A stretch of 64,000 bases of DNA from Schmidtea nova (taxonomy: Eukaryota). Shown in pieces: positions 61,566-64,000 of this stretch. The DNA is taken from the NCBI GenBank assembly GCA_044892505.1, contig CM097882.1, positions 163,680,001 through 163,744,000 of the forward strand. The letters run 5' to 3'. Numbering within the stretch: position 1 is the first letter of the stretch; each line of letters opens with the position of its first letter. The translations under genes and the position numbers were made by a program. The notes under the pieces are model-generated. The model made no database searches and was not told where the DNA came from. It saw nothing but the letters and a program-made list of their open reading frames with translations.

Positions 61566-62189
61566 TTAACTTTGTTTATAAACCATGGCTCCTTCCTTGT
61601 TAAAAATATCAGTTCTAACTCTTAAATCATCACTGCATTGTTGCGTAAAATCCAAGAAAAGATATCCATGAGGAGATTTTGTAGCATCCTGAAACGCATC
61701 AATCAAGAAATTCCGATTAGAGGGGTATGCTTGTCTTGCCAGAAAATCAATAACTGTTGCATCACGAGGATTTTTAAAAACAACAAGATATTGAACATTT
61801 AAATTACGAGTTCGATGACTACCACCCTGATGAAATAAATTCTGAGTAATAAAAATAACTGTAACACCTTTGTGTCTAGCGATTTTCGTAAATAAATTAT
61901 TAAAATCCTTTTCTTTATTTGCTTCTTGATACAAGTCATCAATAATAATCACATCCCCTTCTCTTAATCTAGATGACCAGTTTTTATCGAAACCTTTTAT
62001 GATTGTCATTTTTATTTTACAAAACTGATCTTGAGTCATACCGCTTTCGTCGTCAGCACCCCTATGCCAATAAATTTTATTAAATTTTGATTTGAATAAT
62101 TTAGATTGTAATAATTTACAAACAAATAAAGTTTTTCCGCTCCCGCTCGGACCGACAATTTGATAAACTGCATCATTTCTTAATTCCAT
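61566..62189 (-). CDS. A32/FtsK-like genome-packaging ATPase
   Basis: Walker A GPSGSGKT, Walker B IIIDD, ARH arginine finger, ITQ motif. Confidence 0.93.
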   Translation of the reverse strand: MELRNDAVYQIVGPSGSGKTLFVCKLLQSKLFKSKFNKIYWHRGADDESGMTQDQFCKIKMTIIKGFDKNWSSRLREGDVIIIDDLYQEANKEKDFNNLFTKIARHKGVTVIFITQNLFHQGGSHRTRNLNVQYLVVFKNPRDATVIDFLARQAYPSNRNFLIDAFQDATKSPHGYLFLDFTQQCSDDLRVRTDIFNKEGAMVYKQS

Positions 62190-62278
62190 GTTTGTAATTA
62201 TTTATTAGTATTATTATTGTTTATATTGATTAAAATATTAATTATCTCTTTGTTGTTAGATTTAAAATATTTTTAATA

Positions 62279-62746
62279 ATGATTAGAAACATTAATTACA
62301 AGGGTAAGACAGATGTGTCGCACATGATATTTCCAACTGGGAAACCACAGCAAATTGTAGATAGAAGTGGAAAATACCCAATAATATACTTTAAGACAGG
62401 CAGATATAGAATAATGGGATGCAAGGAATTTATTAGTGATGAAAAAGTAAAGTCTCACGATTTAACAATACAATCGATAACTGTGACTGCAGATTTAGGA
62501 TTTATTTGTAATTTAAATGAGTTATCTAAATTGATTCCATGTGTTTATGAACCAGAATTATTTCCAGCTTTAAGATATACAAAATATAATCCAATGTGTG
62601 TCAATATTTTTGCTAGTGGTAAAGTAGTCATATTAGGATTAAAAAATAAAGACTATGCTAATATAGTTGATAATATTATTAACGATATAAAATCAATTAT
62701 AGAAGATAAAGCCTTTGTTGATTTCATACTAACATGTGACTCATGA
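62279..62746 (+). CDS. tbp: TATA-binding protein (TBP) homolog encoded by the element
   Basis: Repeat 2 IQSITVTADLG...YEPELFPALRY...VNIFASGKVVILGLK matches the TBP core. Repeat 1 IRNI...IIYFKTGRYRIMGCK is shortened. Confidence 0.88.
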   Translation: MIRNINYKGKTDVSHMIFPTGKPQQIVDRSGKYPIIYFKTGRYRIMGCKEFISDEKVKSHDLTIQSITVTADLGFICNLNELSKLIPCVYEPELFPALRYTKYNPMCVNIFASGKVVILGLKNKDYANIVDNIINDIKSIIEDKAFVDFILTCDS

Positions 62747-62923
62747 CTGCAATATTCATGCAATGGAAATGCACGATTCTGATTGGTCGAGTGTGTATCG
62801 ATAGAATAAAGACATGTTGTGCATACTTTATTCTTATTGGTTGAAAGTTGTTCATTTCGTACATGATGTGTGTTTCTATCGTATATATACTAAGAACATT
62901 CGTTCATAATTTAGATTTTAAAA

Positions 62924-63485
62924 ATGTGTTTAAAAGAAACTATGTTAAAAAGTGGTAAGGATTTTAATTAATTCTTTTCAATTTTAATATAATTTCTTTT
63001 TAGAAAAATTAATGAATGTCCTATATGGAAAGCTGGAGGAGATGTTCCCGAATTTAATGACATCCCTGACTTATACGGCACCAGAACTCTTTCCGTATAA
63101 GATTCAGGTGCTGACTGGAATTGATGTCAATAAAATCATCTTGGATCATCGGGCAAATAATCTCAATGAATTGCCAGTGGTAGCCGAGCACTTTCTCTGT
63201 GCATATCAGTGTGGAAATTGCGTGGAGAGGATCCGCCGATTCAATATTTGGCTCCTCAGAAACGCATTGAAAGAATTCGAGAATCAAAACCTCGAAACAA
63301 TTGAGGAAGAAGAAGATGCAGATATGAAGGAGTCCTGGCCAAATTCGACTCCGGATCAATCTGATTGCCCAACTTTAGATGGGCCATATCCTATCGAATC
63401 GGATGAGCCAATGGAGTCTCCCGAATCTCCAGATTGTGCGGAATGCCACCGTAAGGCAGAGGATTGTGATCCGTCAGACATTTAA
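62924..63485 (+). CDS. Unknown protein with acidic/Pro-rich tail (exon 62924-62954, 49-nt intron, exon 63004-63485)
   Basis: AGT G|GTAAGG...TTTTAG|AA keeps the frame into ORF 63012. Confidence 0.6.
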
Positions 63486-63499
63486 ATGTTGTTATTTTT

Positions 63500-63680
63500 T
63501 AGTTTAATGTCATTTTAGTTTGGTTATTTTTTAGTTTAATAAAAGTTTTTTAATGATTTTAGTTTTTTATTGATTTTAGTTTTTTAGTGATTTTAGTTTT
63601 TAGTGATTTTAGTTTTTTAGTGATTTTAGTAATAGTTTTTTAGTAATAGTTTTTAAGTATTAGTTTTTACTTGACTTTAA
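63500..63680. repeat. Short AT-rich tandem repeats (gattttagtttttagt)
   Basis: Read directly from the sequence. Confidence 0.8.
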
Positions 63681-64000
63681 GTTATTATTTGAATTTAATT
63701 AATTATTTTTAACTTTAAGTAATTAGTATTAAACTTTTTTATTTACTAAGATTAAAAAATAGTATTTGAATAAAAATTATTGTGAAATAAATACATATTT
63801 TATCTATATTTTATTATTGTGATATAAATAAATACATATTTTATCCACTAACAGAACCTTACTATCAGTACATTAGTAGCAGAACATCTTTTGTTATGGT
63901 TTTTATGTGCAAAAGCTCATTACTTGAACACACATACATACACACACACTTACAACAAAGACATGCATAACGCGTGCAATACAAATGCATGATTGTGATT

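Larger units (their letters stand above)
48179..64000. mobile_element. Endogenous Polinton/Maverick (adintovirus-like) element; right end beyond the window
   Basis: pPolB, adenain, MCP, mCP, integrase and ATPase are all open. Candidate left terminus AGTAGA at 48179 with candidate 6-bp TSD GATATG; the link to the core crosses N gap 49239-50166. Confidence 0.93.

Noticed and set aside
50401-63359. Antisense ORFs overlapping element genes (e.g. 53465-53935, 58551-58913, 60056-60358, 63054-63359)
   Set aside because: Shadow frames of real genes with no recognisable motifs.
63700-64000. Right terminal inverted repeat of the Polinton
   Set aside because: No reverse-complement copy of the 48179 terminus or the AP-1 arrays lies in the window.

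Overview
Very AT-rich eukaryotic (animal) genomic scaffold with several N gaps. The short 38-55 nt introns and abundant Penelope-type repeats suggest a flatworm/planarian-like host, but that is inference only. Five main parts. (1) 1.9-6.1 kb: a decayed chimeric retroelement in which fragments of host NAE1/APPBP1, Hsp90 and polyubiquitin are joined to a BEL/Pao-type Gag; the Hsp90-ubiquitin-Gag part is one reading frame. (2) A minus-strand Gli/Ci zinc-finger gene (exons at 12.2-17.5 kb, probable upstream exon at 41.6-41.9 kb). (3) Its probable 24 kb intron holds MITEs, hAT and mariner relics, a young compact Ty3/Gypsy element with identical 138-bp LTRs (28.8-33.0 kb) and a pogo/Tigger derivative. 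(4) A field of Penelope-like fragments (about 36.7-46.5 kb) in palindromic arrangements, carrying minimal hammerhead ribozymes that include U3-A8 core variants. (5) From about 48.2 kb to the window end, an apparently intact endogenous Polinton/Maverick (adintovirus-like) element. It encodes a protein-primed DNA polymerase (modelled here as 5 exons), adenain protease, major and minor capsid proteins, integrase with chromodomain and a packaging ATPase. It also carries a TATA-binding-protein (TBP) homolog and a terminal region with about 26 AP-1/CRE sites. All homology calls come from motif recognition by eye; no database searches were run.
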